Made by a program: the position numbers and the translations under genes
Part shown: positions 1 to 12,510 of the stretch, one piece after another
How the letters are laid out: each line of letters starts with the position of its first letter
Numbering within the stretch: position 1 is the stretch's first letter
From: Octopus sinensis
Taxonomy: Eukaryota
Direction: 5' to 3'
Length of the DNA: 64,000 bases
NCBI RefSeq assembly: GCF_006345805.1
Contig: NC_042997.1
Span: 2,852,001 to 2,916,000 of the forward strand
The notes under the pieces: model-generated
Told to the model about the DNA's origin: nothing
Seen by the model: only the letters and a program-made list of their open reading frames with translations
The model's database searches: none

Positions 1-1668
1 GGGTAAAAGTAGAGAAGAGAACGATAATGGTTTGGATATCACTCTACTAGAAAGTTCTGAGAATCCAGAAACACGTTCTGCAGACCATATCAACTTTGCT
101 GTGTAAATGAGCGGCCCAGATTATGTTGCTATCCACAAGTACTCTCAAGTGTCTGATGTTGTTCGATGCCATAACAGTTTCAAGTGAAGGATGGGTGTAT
201 AGACGTTTCGGAGTATGCATTTTTCTTCGTTCAGCAGCATATTTTTCTTTTTTTGTCAAAATGATGACAGCCAGAAGATCTCACTGAAGACATGTTTGGT
301 CACCTACTAGATTGATGACTTTCTGGATCTTGGAATCATCTGAAAAGATTCTTATGTTGCTGTGCTTGATGACGTTAGCAATGCATTGATGTAGATGATG
401 AACAGAAGTGGCCACAATAGAGTACCTTGAGGAACACCACTCCTGACTTTAGTTGGGCTTGATATTTCTCATTCGATTACAACGAGTTGTTTTCTGTCTA
501 TCAGGAAACACTTGATTCATTGTAGTAACTTTTCAGAGGCACCAATGTTGGGTAGTTTGTTTTCAACAAGAGAATCTTATGATCAACCATATCAAAGGTC
601 TTGCTGAAATCTAGGTTCATGACATCGATGTTGGAGCCTCTCCGAAAACTCTCAAAATGTCGCCAAAGTGTTGCAGGAGCTGCGTTAGGCTGTTCCTTCA
701 ATTACGGAACCTATGCTTTTTGGGGTTCTGCAGTTTGCTGCATTGAAGAAGGTTGGTTATTTGTGATCTGACCTGCCTCTCAAATACCTTGATGATATGA
801 GAGATGAGTCAGATCAGACGGTTGTTCAATGCAAGGGACTTGTTTCTCTTTCTATTCTCTGGAACAGAAAGTTTTCAGGAATATAGCCAGCGTCCGGTGA
901 GTTCCTCCACAGATTAGCAAGAGGAGATGCAAGTTGGTGTCGACTCACCACCAGAGCACAAGCAGAGAACCCTATCAAGACCTACTGATGAATTGTGTTT
1001 AATTTCGTTTATTGCTGCTAAGATATCAGGGGCGCCAAATGTTATGTCCTATATAGTGTGCTGAGAACTATCATCAGTGATACAGTCCATATCGGCCATA
1101 TCAGGTTTGATGTAAGCAGAGCAATACTGTTACTGCAGTATCTCACTTATGGTTTTGATATTATCTTGAAGAGTGCCATTTTCATCAATTATAAGGCCAA
1201 AAGTGGAGACAGTGACCTAGTGTTTTTTCGCAAAAGTTGACTTTGGTTATTGATGATGGTCTTCATGTATTATTGAAGGTTGTATTTTTTGGATTCGAGC
1301 AGAGCGATAGCCGTCGAATATGTGTGTGGTTGTTGGCAGTGTTGGTAATGTTTTGGTTTGTTCTTTATAATTTTCTGATAATATCTTTTCTGTTTTGGGG
1401 ATTCTAGACTTAGTTTACTTCACAGGTCTTGGTATGGTGCGTTTTGCACATATGTTTCTGACAGTATCTTCAAAGACCTGCCAAGATATTTTGATGCTGG
1501 AGGAAGTGTGTGCGCGTGTGAAAGACCAGTCAACATATGCATACTCGTACGTAATTGTGTCCCAGTCGGCATCATAGACATTCATGTTATCAAATAGGTG
1601 AGCTGGAGATAAGTCACTAGGGTTAGCTTCTTGCGTGTGGAATCTTAGTTTATAGAGAAACATGTCAT
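1..1668 (-). mobile_element. Degenerate CR1/L2-like LINE ORF2 remnant (post-endonuclease linker plus reverse transcriptase), 5'-truncated, runs off the window edge
   Basis: Minus-strand translation across frameshifts gives RT motifs LTSHIIKVFERQVR (~760-800), IDVMNLDFSKTFDMVDHKILL (ORF 501-701), SGVPQGTLLWPLLFIIYIN (~385-441), IRIFSDDSKIQ (~325-355; FADD-like) and LRVLVDSNIIWAAH...WILRTF (ORF 47-259). Multiple stops and frameshifts. Confidence 0.85.
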
Positions 1669-2754
1669 GGTCATCCCACAAATAATGCAGTTTTTATACT
1701 TCTATTATTCTTCAAACATAACAGAGGCAAAGTGCTTTTTTAATCCTTCATTTTCTACAATGCTCTTCCATCTATCTGGTAGAATTGCATGGCCCCTCTT
1801 CTACAATTCACTTGTCCATGACGAAAAATACTCGTCCACTACTGTTCTGACCTTATATACAAAATTCGTAATTTAGCCGTCCAAATGATTTTGAAGACAG
1901 CGGAATAAATAATAATCAGTTGGAGCAATGTCCAGCGAATATGGTGGGTGGGGTATCGCTTCCCATTCAAATTGGTCTAGCCTTTCGAATGACATCCTCG
2001 TTGTAATGTGATCGAACATTATCCTGATGGAAGAACACCTTTTGTGAAGACCATCTTTAGCCTGGGGTACCAGTGTTTCTCCTTTCCCTACCCATTATTT
2101 GCGGCGCTTGACATATTTATGGAGAGCCCATTTCTCGTCCTGAGTCACTCTTCAGTCGAAGAAAGGTTCATTCATGAGACGTGGCAGCAAAGAAGTGCAC
2201 ACATTCACTCTTTGCTCGGGATTACTCTCGCAAAGTTTGTGACGACCCCATTGTTCCAATTTGCTAACTTTTCTGATGGCACGCAGGTTGAATGCCAAAT
2301 CCAAGCTTTACTGCTAGTTCGTCAACAGTTACGTTGGAGTTTTATTCCAGCATGGTTTGCAGGTAGTCCTCAACGAGCTCTACAGATATTCCAGGACGCA
2401 TCACGTCTTCAACGGTGTAGTTTCCGGCTTGGAATTACCTGAACCACCGTTGACACTGACTTACGCTTATTGTCAGTTCCCCATATACTGCATTAATATT
2501 CTTTTGCCTTTTTCCTTTTTTGAGCTCATAAATCAAAATATACCGAAGATGCTCATTTGTTACTTCCATTATTGCTTTAAAATAATAATTGTTAACATCG
2601 AACTGTACTCTTTAAACCTTGTACTAAGAATAAGTACATGGTAAAATTACTACCTGCTTTTAAAGCAAGTTGATGCAAGTAGTTTATCCCGTCAACCTCG
2701 GACTTTTAGTTCATGCTACTGAAAGAAAACCGCATTATTTAAGGGATGACCCAA
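1669..2754 (-). mobile_element. Defective mariner (Tc1/mariner) DNA transposon with internal deletion
   Basis: TIRs ggtcatcccacaaataatgcagttttt (1669-1695) and aaaaccgcattatttaagggatgacccaa (2726-2754), followed by TA. Transposase from ATG 2569: MEVTNEHLRYILIYE, NINAVYG...CQRWF, VTQDEKW, FFHQDNVRSH, WEAIPHPPYSLDIAPTDYYLFRCLQNHL, LPDRWKSIVENEG; several stops and frameshifts. Confidence 0.9.
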
Positions 2755-3256
2755 TATTTGATACATACGTTTCAAAAAACGCATCACATAAATTATCGAG
2801 AAAACCTGATTTCAAGAACGTTCTGAAAATGATTTTTTTCTTCTATTCAATTTTAAAACAGCTAAATGATGTTTCTCTTTGTAAAATGATGAAAAGCCAA
2901 ATATTACCGCGAAATAATCGATAACACGTTAAATCAATATTCGACCAAATATTTTTAGGAGTGTATTTCCTGGTCATTTTACTTAAGTCGTGTTAAATTT
3001 TTGATTTTTAATTGTATTTATTGTTTTACGTTTACCATTTTTAAGAATCTCTGAGAGCGTCTTTCACGATTATTGCCAGCATCTCATTATTGGTTATTTA
3101 ATGAAAGTGAATTTAAATTGCTTTCCAAGTGGTTTCAATTTTCAAACGTAATTGCTTCCTCCCCGGTCACTCAATTTATTCTTTATTATAGCGGATATAA
3201 TTTGGGTTCATATCTATTTCAAACGGATGTATAAGTGTTTTTACAAAACATAACAC

Positions 3257-3520
3257 CTATGGTGTGTGGTAGGAAGCTTGTTTTTCCAACTACATGGTTC
3301 TCAGTTCAGGAGGATTCTATCCTCGCACCAAGCAATGCCTTCGGAGACGGAAAGTGAAAATAGACCATCGTGTATATATATATATATACACATTATCATA
3401 TATGAGCGTGTGTGACTATTTGTCCTCCAATCTGTTTGCCAACCAATGATGGTGTGTTAACGACCCAGTAACTTACCAGCGTTTCGGGAAAAGTGTTCGA
3501 TAAAATTAGTATCTAGCACA
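3257..3520 (+). mobile_element. Degenerate tRNA-type SINE (family 'B' in this window)
   Basis: gtgtggtaggaagcttg...catggttc head and tttgtcc...ggtgtg...gtaactta body align by eye with better copies at 12061 and 30963. Confidence 0.5.
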
Positions 3521-4727
3521 ACAGATTCTATGGTGGATTCATTTCACTAAAGTTTCTTCAAAGTGGTTCCTCAGGACGCAGTCTACTAATTGAAAAATGT
3601 AATGGTTAAAGAGTAAAGAATATATATTCACATATCCACACGTACAACACACATACAACCATATATGTGTACTCCTTTTCTTTGAGTGTATATATATATA
3701 TATATATATATATTTATACACATGCATACATATATTTCCATGTATATGTATATATATCGATACATATATTTATATATGCATAAGAGGTTGTGTTTATATG
3801 TTACGTCTATTTAACGTCAATATTTTAATTAATCTAAATCAATTTACAGGTGGAATATATATTTCCTTCCAATGATTCATTTTATATTCTACGCGATGCA
3901 GTAATAACCTTCATTAGAGGAATATGTGATAGCCAGACATAATTAATTACGTCAGACAGAACGAATTAAGTCAGTTTTCTGAATATGCCACATTAAAACT
4001 TTGTTGATAAATTCTATATAAATCCAGAGATTTGTACTTCATGCTTTAAGAGATTATGATAATGTACGCGACAGTAAATTAATTACTTCAGGTGTGATTC
4101 AAAACATACAATATTATGTTACAGCGTTTCCTACACAAGCATATACGTATAGGTTATTTAGTACTTGCTTTATCTAGAGGATAGACAACGTCCTTGAATT
4201 AACATGCCCTTTTTGCGCTGTATGATTGATGCCATTATTATATATCTCGAACCATTGCACATCGATTAAAAAAATGAAAACACACGGCTGAGAAGAAAAT
4301 GTTATATAATCAGCATTTTCGTATAAAAGTTTAAGTAGTAGTGTCGCCTATTAAGCATGTGCCACGAAAGTGCAGGGAATTACTTAGAAGAAATGGCATA
4401 AATCTAGTCATCTACTTCAAGTAGTAGCAATTATAGACGCAGTAAGAAAATTAGTGAGGTGAGAGAAATTCTGGAACGTTAGAAAAAGGTCATCCTTATA
4501 TATATCTAGCTACCAATAAAAGATGTGGAAGACTTGAGGAAACCAGGCATATGCAAAATTTCTATGTGAGTTTTCGATTTCAGTTTCGTAAAAAAGGGCT
4601 TGCTGGTGAATAGTCTTTTACTATAACTTGCACTCAAATATGATTTTCAGTGAGAGAGTTCAATGATCAAAGAGATAGGAGAGAACATTCGATAGGGCTT
4701 TATGGAAACTTTTTTATTAATCGTTAC

Positions 4728-4790
4728 GAGGAAATTTTGATGCATTGTTTTGTAGAATGTCGCTGTTTCAATGAGCTTAGAAATATTGGA
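4728..4790 (+). mobile_element. Possible LINE C-terminal zinc-knuckle remnant
   Basis: Translates EEILMHCFVECRCFNELR, resembling the E-x3-H-x4-C motif of L1/Tx1-type ORF2 ends. Short, so weak. Confidence 0.25.
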
Positions 4791-5625
4791 AGTGAGTAAA
4801 AGACGATAGTAGGGAGGTTAGGAATGAAAGTACGTCAGAATAACTGGAAGTTATTATCTTTGATTTGCCTGAGATACACATCAAATCGAAATAATATAGG
4901 TATTAAATCTATGCTTCTTTGAACTATTGCCATGCATCCACTACTGTTCCTCTACTCGTGAAAGAATTAGATTTATGAATTTTAAAAATATAGGTTTTCG
5001 GTAGCGTTGGGAAGGTACATTTTATACGTTGAAGAGTTTCTTCAACGTCATTACGTGTACAAACAATTCCCTGGAGTTTGTCTTCTTTTCCCCCAAATGC
5101 AGCATGTAGTTCATACGAAGAAGATTGATTTGACAATGGAAAAAATAACAAGCCTAGTAAAATGTCCGTCGTTGGACAGGGCCTCTTCAAGTTCTTTTGG
5201 GAACTATGATTTAACACTTTTGTCTGAACAAAGCATTTGCATAAGCTTGACTCAAACGTCTCTGCTAGTTTGCAGCATTTAGTTAGCTTTTGTTTCCTAT
5301 GCGCTTATTAATTTAATGGTTCCCTTTCATAAGGCTCATGTTGTCCTGTTGATTGAAAGAAACTGGGAATACGTATCAATATAATGCGCCACAAAAATAT
5401 GCACCGTGTATCTAAGGTGATTCACAGAACGGGCAAAAGTTTATGAGTGTCCAAGTGTTATTGTAAGATAGATAAATAATTCGTTAATACAACCTAGAGT
5501 AAAGGATTCTGTGAAATATATGTCTGGAATTTAGTCTTCCATGGTTTCAGATGTCACTTCATTTGACATGCAATATATTGTAAGTGACTTCCTAGAAAAC
5601 CTACTGATCTTCTCTTCACAAAACG

Positions 5626-5675
<50 letters not shown>

Positions 5676-5747
5676 ATCAAAAAAGGGGGTCGAATTAATT
5701 AATTGTTAATAAATTCGACCAAGCAGTATTCGGTATATTTGAAGTAT

Positions 5748-6041
5748 TAATTTATAAAAATATGGTAAAGTAAAAGAATTCACTTTACCACACACCGAAC
5801 TTTTCAGAAATAGCAGCCAAAAATTTGGCTATTTCTTCAACTGCAAATAAAAGTCTCCAGACAATGCATACTCAGAAAAAATAACTCAGAAAAATAAGTT
5901 GTGAGTTATTTTTCTGAGTATGCATTGTCTGGAGACTTTTATTTGCAGTTGAAGAAATAGCCAAATTTTTGGCTGCTATTTCTGAAAAGTTCGGTGTGTG
6001 GTAAAGTGAATTCTTTTACTTTACCATATTTTTATAAATTA
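5748..6041. repeat. Near-perfect inverted repeat (arms ~141 bp, 13-nt spacer)
   Basis: 5748-5888 is the reverse complement of 5902-6041 except for one A in an A-run (6 vs 5). Spacer gaaaaataagttg; right arm runs into (TA)n. Confidence 0.95.
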
Positions 6042-6046
6042 TATAT

Positions 6047-6126
<80 letters not shown>

Positions 6127-6386
6127 TATATATATGCCATATATATAACAATATGCCATATATATAGAATTTTGTGAGACGTGGGATGGGGCTTGTGTCA
6201 GAAACCTTGTCCAAATACTTCACATCGTAACACAACATGCGTGTGTTTTAACTAAATATGGGCAATTCTTGAACATCGAACATCTCCAGACGGAAGTAGA
6301 TAGTATTTCTGTTTAAAAATTGTGGCTAGTACGTCTATGGAATTAAAATAAAAAAATCAAGTTATTTGTACTCGTGCCAGATGCTA

Positions 6387-6821
6387 GGATCTTGTCGGTT
6401 TGAACGGCAGTTTTTTACAGCTGTGTCATATGAAATTGTCACCCATAATTATGACCATAGTATAGATCTATTGCATTTTAATCTGCTTTAAGGTTAGTTA
6501 GGGTTAGGGTTAGCGTTACTGCTCGGGTTAGGGTATCTTTTTTTCTTCAGAAATGTAAATAAACGCAATCTGTTTCTTAAACGAGGGATATATTCATACG
6601 GCACAGAATGTTTTCACCTCAATAGACGTCATTGATTGGTTGAAATTGCAGAAATTGAAGAAAAATAACAACAAATAACTTACAAACTATAGAATTTTCT
6701 TAATAAAGCCAAGAGAAAAAGATGTTTTATAAACACATTCTACCAGTATACGAAGTTTAAAAGTGTTTAGTTACGTGGAAATTATTTTTAAAAAAAACTG
6801 CCGTTCAAACCCAGAAGATCC
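6387..6821. mobile_element. Non-autonomous MITE, Merlin-like (GG...CC termini, 30-bp TIR, 8-bp TSD)
   Basis: TIR ggatcttgtcggtttgaacggcagtttttt vs reverse complement ggatcttctgggtttgaacggcagtttttt (2 mismatches). TSD agatgcta at 6379-6386 and 6822-6829. Confidence 0.85.
6492..6534 (+). repeat. Short degenerate (TTAGGG)n telomere-like tract inside the MITE
   Basis: ggttagttagggttagggttagcgttactgctcgggttagggt. Confidence 0.8.
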
Positions 6822-8161
6822 AGATGCTATACGCATCCCTCTAAAACAAGTACTGAAAAAACTGTCTGATATAAACGACAAAGGACATACCAGCTTGGAT
6901 TATCATTTCTCCAGAAATAACAATATATTCTTTACTTGTTACATTCAGTGGTATTTACTAGAGCAACACTTTTGAATAAATAATTATAAGCAGTAGATAA
7001 TATTTTCAAACACATTGGAAGAATCAATTTTGTCGCCATAATGTGAGAAGAATATGAAGAGAAAACAATTTTATTTACGGTAATACTCTTCGCAACGTAT
7101 TCTTTATATCAGTATTTTAAACACATATTCATAAGGTCTGTAGACTATGTGACGGTTGATGTTCAGCCAAGTTTGCTCAAACAGCCTTCAGCATAAAATT
7201 GCGTTTCCTCACGTCTGAATCGATTAACAGTGCCAGTCCTGTAATTGTATCGGTTGTAACTGATTGAGAAATAGCCAGTCGTAAGATAGAATGATTTAGT
7301 ACTTTTTGCTCACAGCAAGTATTAGGAAATCTGTATTGGAATATTTGGCACAATTGTGCAAGATATATTTAGATATAAATCAAGCTATGCTATATGTGTT
7401 AATGTATTAGTGGCATGAAAGAAGAGCCAGGTAATGAAAAGAAATATATAGAAAATTGGTAAGAATAGAAAAGTCTGCAGACTTTCGTGGATATTAGAAA
7501 TTGGCATTCAAAATATTTCACCAATCAAAATTTAAGCTGTAAAACTCGAAGGCGAATAATGGAATTAATCTTTATAAATCTAATACTATAATGGCCAATC
7601 GAGTATTTATCTTCACATAACTGTAAAAATTACTCGGATTTATTTCAAATGAAACTATTTATATGTATAATAAAAATTAGTTTCACACACGCCCTTAAAC
7701 CGGAATCAACATCGTCACACGCATGTACACAGATAAACATACGCACTTACAAACTCACACACTCATATATACATATGTATATAAATATACATACAAACAC
7801 ACATGCACACACATATATCTATATATTTATGTAATGAATGTTGATACATACTTACATGTGTATACGTATATGAATATAGTTATATGCATGTACACTCGAA
7901 CAATACACACACATACACAAATATGTATACATACACACCAGTGTGAGCGCATGCGTGTGTTATTGCATTTAAGTTTAAATAAAATAATATATTTCAATTT
8001 TTTTCCATTATTATTTGAAGCATTCGGATAATTTTTTCTATCGTTGATAGAATTGTCTTCAGGATCCCTTTTCATAAATAGAAAGTGAACAAAGAAAACA
8101 GAAAAGGTAGGTAGCGTCAGTAAGAAACCTCAACTCAATATACAAATGGGCATGTTCGGAT

Positions 8162-8210
8162 ATGTATATGTATATATGCATGTATATATGTATTTATAAA
8201 TATACACAAG

Positions 8211-8244
<34 letters not shown>

Positions 8245-8248
8245 CATG

Positions 8249-8291
<43 letters not shown>

Positions 8292-8360
8292 GTGTATATA
8301 TATATTTATATGTGTATATATATTATATATATATATATATGTATATGTGTATATATATAT

Positions 8361-8451
<91 letters not shown>
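8162..8451. repeat. Compound (TA)n/(TATG) microsatellite (representative of dozens of such tracts in the window)
   Basis: Direct inspection; generates the YI/IY ORF-track entries. Confidence 0.95.
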
Positions 8452-8452
<1 letters not shown>

Positions 8453-8531
8453 ATTGCAGCGTGGAAGGTGTTTATAATCCATTTAAGAAACACACAAAAG
8501 CCGTTCGATTCACTTCAACATTTAAGTTTAA

Positions 8532-8581
8532 TTTGTCAAAATATTTTCGTCGCTAAAATCCGCGACCTGTTCACTGACAAA
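8532..8581 (-). ncRNA. Mirror copy of the G3-C8 hammerhead-like fold
   Basis: Exact reverse complement of 8618-8667 in the left arm of the palindrome. Confidence 0.55.
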
Positions 8582-8617
8582 GTCCGTGCTGCATCTAAGC
8601 TTAGATGCAGCACGGAC

Positions 8618-8667
8618 TTTGTCAGTGAACAGGTCGCGGATTTTAGCGACGAAAATATTTTGACAAA
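8618..8667 (+). ncRNA. Hammerhead-ribozyme-like fold, type I, G3-C8 core variant
   Basis: Stem I TTTGTCA/TGACAAA; core GTGAACA plus extra G; stem II GTCGC/GCGAC; GAAA; palindromic stem III AATATT; putative site UUU^ after 8660. Confidence 0.55.
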
Positions 8668-8805
8668 TTAAACTTAAATGTTGAAGTGAATCGAACGGCT
8701 TTTGTGTGTTTCTTAAATGGCTTATAAACACCTTCCACGCTGCAATTGTTTTCGGTTCATCACACGATCTCAGATCAAATTACTTGCTATGCGAGTACAT
8801 CTCCC

Positions 8806-8859
<54 letters not shown>

Positions 8860-9189
8860 ATATTATATATATAATAATATATATATACAAGTACGTATAT
8901 GTATATATATATGTGTGTGTTTCAGAATAAGCGAGGAAGAGATAAAGACACAGAGAGAAGTCTGTTGGCTATCAAAATATAATATATTTACGGTTTCTAG
9001 TAACTATGAATTGTAAATATTGAATATATATTTAGAATTATGGTTATTCTTATTTAGCTTCATTCGGAAATTGTAGAGTTATATTATAATGAAGAAGAGG
9101 GCATTACTTCTTTATTGTTCGATGTAAGTCCTTAACATTGCACATGTTGTTAGAGTCATACTTCATCCATAATAAGTAATATTCAACGT

Positions 9190-9900
9190 AGTATTCTTCG
9201 CAAGTAGTGCATTTGCGCCATCACTGAAACCAACTCTCAAATCTCGGTCAAAAAAGTTCAGCTATAATTTGTATAAATTTTCTTCGCAGCAAATTTTACT
9301 TCTTGAGTGTTACAAAGTAACTGTTATCCGTTAGATGGGGGGAACACTAACCATCTTAATTTGCAGAAGCTGCACTTGTTACCAAATTTTTATATGGTTG
9401 CTCATTGTGTTAGTGAATATAGGTCTTCTTCAAATTCTTTTTTGGTTCCGTTCTCCTGAGCCCATGTTTCACGTCTGCTATCAGAACGGGAAAAAAATGG
9501 GTCGTCCTTGGAGTTAAAAGTTTTCAATATATAAGCCTAGATTCCACTTTTTTCTTCTTCAAATTAAGTGTCAATTTGCACACACCTTCCTGCACCCAAA
9601 GTTTTCCCCGCCTTTTTTCGTGCATTGCGACTACACTCCAGTTGTGCCCCCAGCTCATCTGTAACTCGTCTACGCTCGAAAATGAATTCGTCGACTCGGT
9701 GTGATTCTCTTATTGATTCCACAGTTTTGTTTCTCATTCCTTGGTTTCTCCTTTTGTAAACAATTTCAACCAAATGCGCGCATTACATTTTCTTTGGGTT
9801 TTCTCTTCGTAAACGACCTTCAGCCGTTTTTGTTTGTTGGAGAATTTCCCACATACGTGGTGAAGAGATCAATGATGGCATAACACTTCTGTTTAGAAGC
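9190..9900 (-). mobile_element. Highly degenerate second mariner transposase remnant
   Basis: Pieces across frameshifts: HAIIDLFTTYVGNSPT, KRLKVVYEE...IWLKLFTKGET (HTH), RVDEFIFERRRVTDELGAQLECS...LG, IAD(+2 nt)ETW (catalytic D region), CSPHLTDNSYF (YSPDLAPSDY-like), WRKCTTCEEYYVE (C-terminus). Confidence 0.7.
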
Positions 9901-9989
9901 CATTAAGAAAATATACTACAGAGAAATACTTGCTCTCCTAACATGTACATTTCACTGGCAGTATGCCAGTTAATACATGTGCATTTTAA

Positions 9990-10176
9990 GGCGGTAAGCT
10001 GGCAGAAATTTTAGCACACCGGGCGAAATGCTTAGCGGCATTTTGTCTGTATTTACGTTCTGAGTTCTAATTGCACCGAGGTCGACTTTGCCTTTAATCC
10101 TTTCGGGGACTATAAATTAAGTAAACGACTGGTTTCTTCCCCACAAAATTTCGGGTTTTGTGTCCAGAGTAGAAAA
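9990..10176 (+). mobile_element. SINE (family 'A')
   Basis: gcggtaagctggcagaaattttagcacaccgggcgaaatgcttagcgg...gaggtcgactttgcctttaatcctttcgggg; homologous to the minus copies at 13168, 17240 and 53500. Confidence 0.8.
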
Positions 10177-12060
10177 TTGCAGAAAATAATATATGTACAT
10201 TTTGCACTATTTTCTGTACATCCCTCCTAATTATATATTTATACATTCATAACATCGATGTTAGAGCAATAGAAATGCATTAGAATAGCTGAAAGAAAAT
10301 AAAATGTGTCATAATTCTGTTGAGAATTAGTTGTGTAATTATTTCTGTTTTATAGCACGTGAAATTAAATTAGAATAAAAGAGTGGCCACGTTGCTTAAC
10401 CCAACTCATTATCGATGGCATTTATATCGTGAAATCCCCTTCAGTTATTTAGTTATATTGAATCCATGACTAAATTATCTATTTTGTAGAGTGACGTTTG
10501 ATGGGAATGTTGCAGTTATTTCAAGCAGAGTAAAAGCACGAGTAAAGTTTCATTAGTTGTTCAGAGTGTGTAAAACTACATGCATTAGGGCTGTGTACAC
10601 ATGTGCTTACATGCGCGCTGAAGTGTTCGCAACATACCTCGTGTTTTATATATGTACGAAACATAGCATGTTGGCGATTGTGTAGAAGGAACAACGATAA
10701 AATAATGATGAATTATATCCGACACAAAGAAATAAAGAGAAAATCAAGGAAAAAAGAAAAGATGACGTGTTATGCATTTGACCTGATCAATAATTTCTGT
10801 TAGCGATCCAATGTAAACAATGTGGTATATACGAGTTCGTTCAGCATTTTTATGTATATTTTACTTCGTTTTATCAATAGTATTAAAAATTCATAGTGGT
10901 GGAACTCTGCGGTCATTAGGTGACATAAACTGTAAAATGCAGATTATTAATATTTGAAACGTTGTCCTAAATACAAAGTGGTCGATAAAAAGCGTTAGAT
11001 TCAGGCCTCCGATGCAACAAAATCGTATAAATTAATAATATCAGTTAATGCTCCTCGGTCAAATAATTAAAAAAAAACCATAAGTCCACTAAGAATGCGA
11101 TAATGATAGATTTTAGACAACAATATGGTTGTTATGGTATTTTGTGAGTTCTGGCATTTCAAAAGGTTTGCTTATTAGATTTCAATACCCTCCTTATTAT
11201 TAATTCATGTACAAACAATGCAAGAATGATGAAAACAGAAAAAGGAGACAGTTGTATTAGCATAGTTATTATAAATCGTATTTCATTTCTTTCTTTCGAT
11301 GACCAGTAATGTAATTTATTTATTCTAATGTTGTACAAATGCAACTGAACATAACAAATATAACTTCCTTGACCGTGCCTCTACGTTATAAGCACTCTAA
11401 TTTCAATAGAAACCATGCTGTTACCGACGGATATTCTATACATCGTTTTTGTTCCCCTTGGTAACATTTCAACATTCATTCTAGTATGCGTACACAAATC
11501 TGTTTGCGATGTCTGTTACTGATTATAATTATGTAAACTATAGGTTTAAGAGAATAAATGAACCCAACATTCACAGCTATTTAAATATTCAGAAATAGCA
11601 ACCGGTGTGTACACTTGGTTAGTACGAATTTTTATTTCTGTACAGATTCCATTCAATGGGCAACCACAAAAGAGAGATGGTGGTTATTTGAACGGTCTTT
11701 TCGTGTTAATTCCGATGTATCATGTTTTGCTGATTATTATTGGTTACGGTCTATACATACACGCACAAACACACACATATATAGTTATATTAAATTCTTA
11801 TGCACCACAATGAGAACGTCATTGTTAGTTTATCACAACAACAATAATATTGTGTAAAGAAGAAGTATCCGTTTATTTCTCTACTGAATCATATCATTGG
11901 GTTGCTGGAGCTTATAAGCAATACGGGTTAGTATGATGTGAGATAAAAAATTTCCATGATGCTTCAAACTTGTTCTAAATATATTTTCTATATTATGTAA
12001 ATATATGATTATATAATGGTTACACGTAGTAGAATTACACACAAACATATTCATACATGT

Positions 12061-12510
<450 letters not shown>

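Larger units (their letters stand above)
8452..8747. repeat. Zero-spacer palindrome, 148-bp arms, centred on AAGCTT (8597-8602)
   Basis: Arms are reverse complements with one mismatch (ttataaTccattt vs ttataaGccattt); left arm abuts (TA)n. Confidence 0.95.

Noticed and set aside
4756-4791. 36-nt candidate micro-exon (ttttgtag...gtgagt)
   Set aside because: No partner exons are identifiable and the sequence reads equally well as a LINE zinc-knuckle remnant; RNA-seq junction reads would be needed.
6492-6534. TTAGGG repeats as a telomere or fusion site
   Set aside because: Only about 4-5 degenerate units, enclosed by MITE TIRs and a TSD.
9564-9773. Non-repetitive 69-aa ORF as a host exon
   Set aside because: It and its flanks translate to mariner HTH and catalytic motifs with frameshifts.
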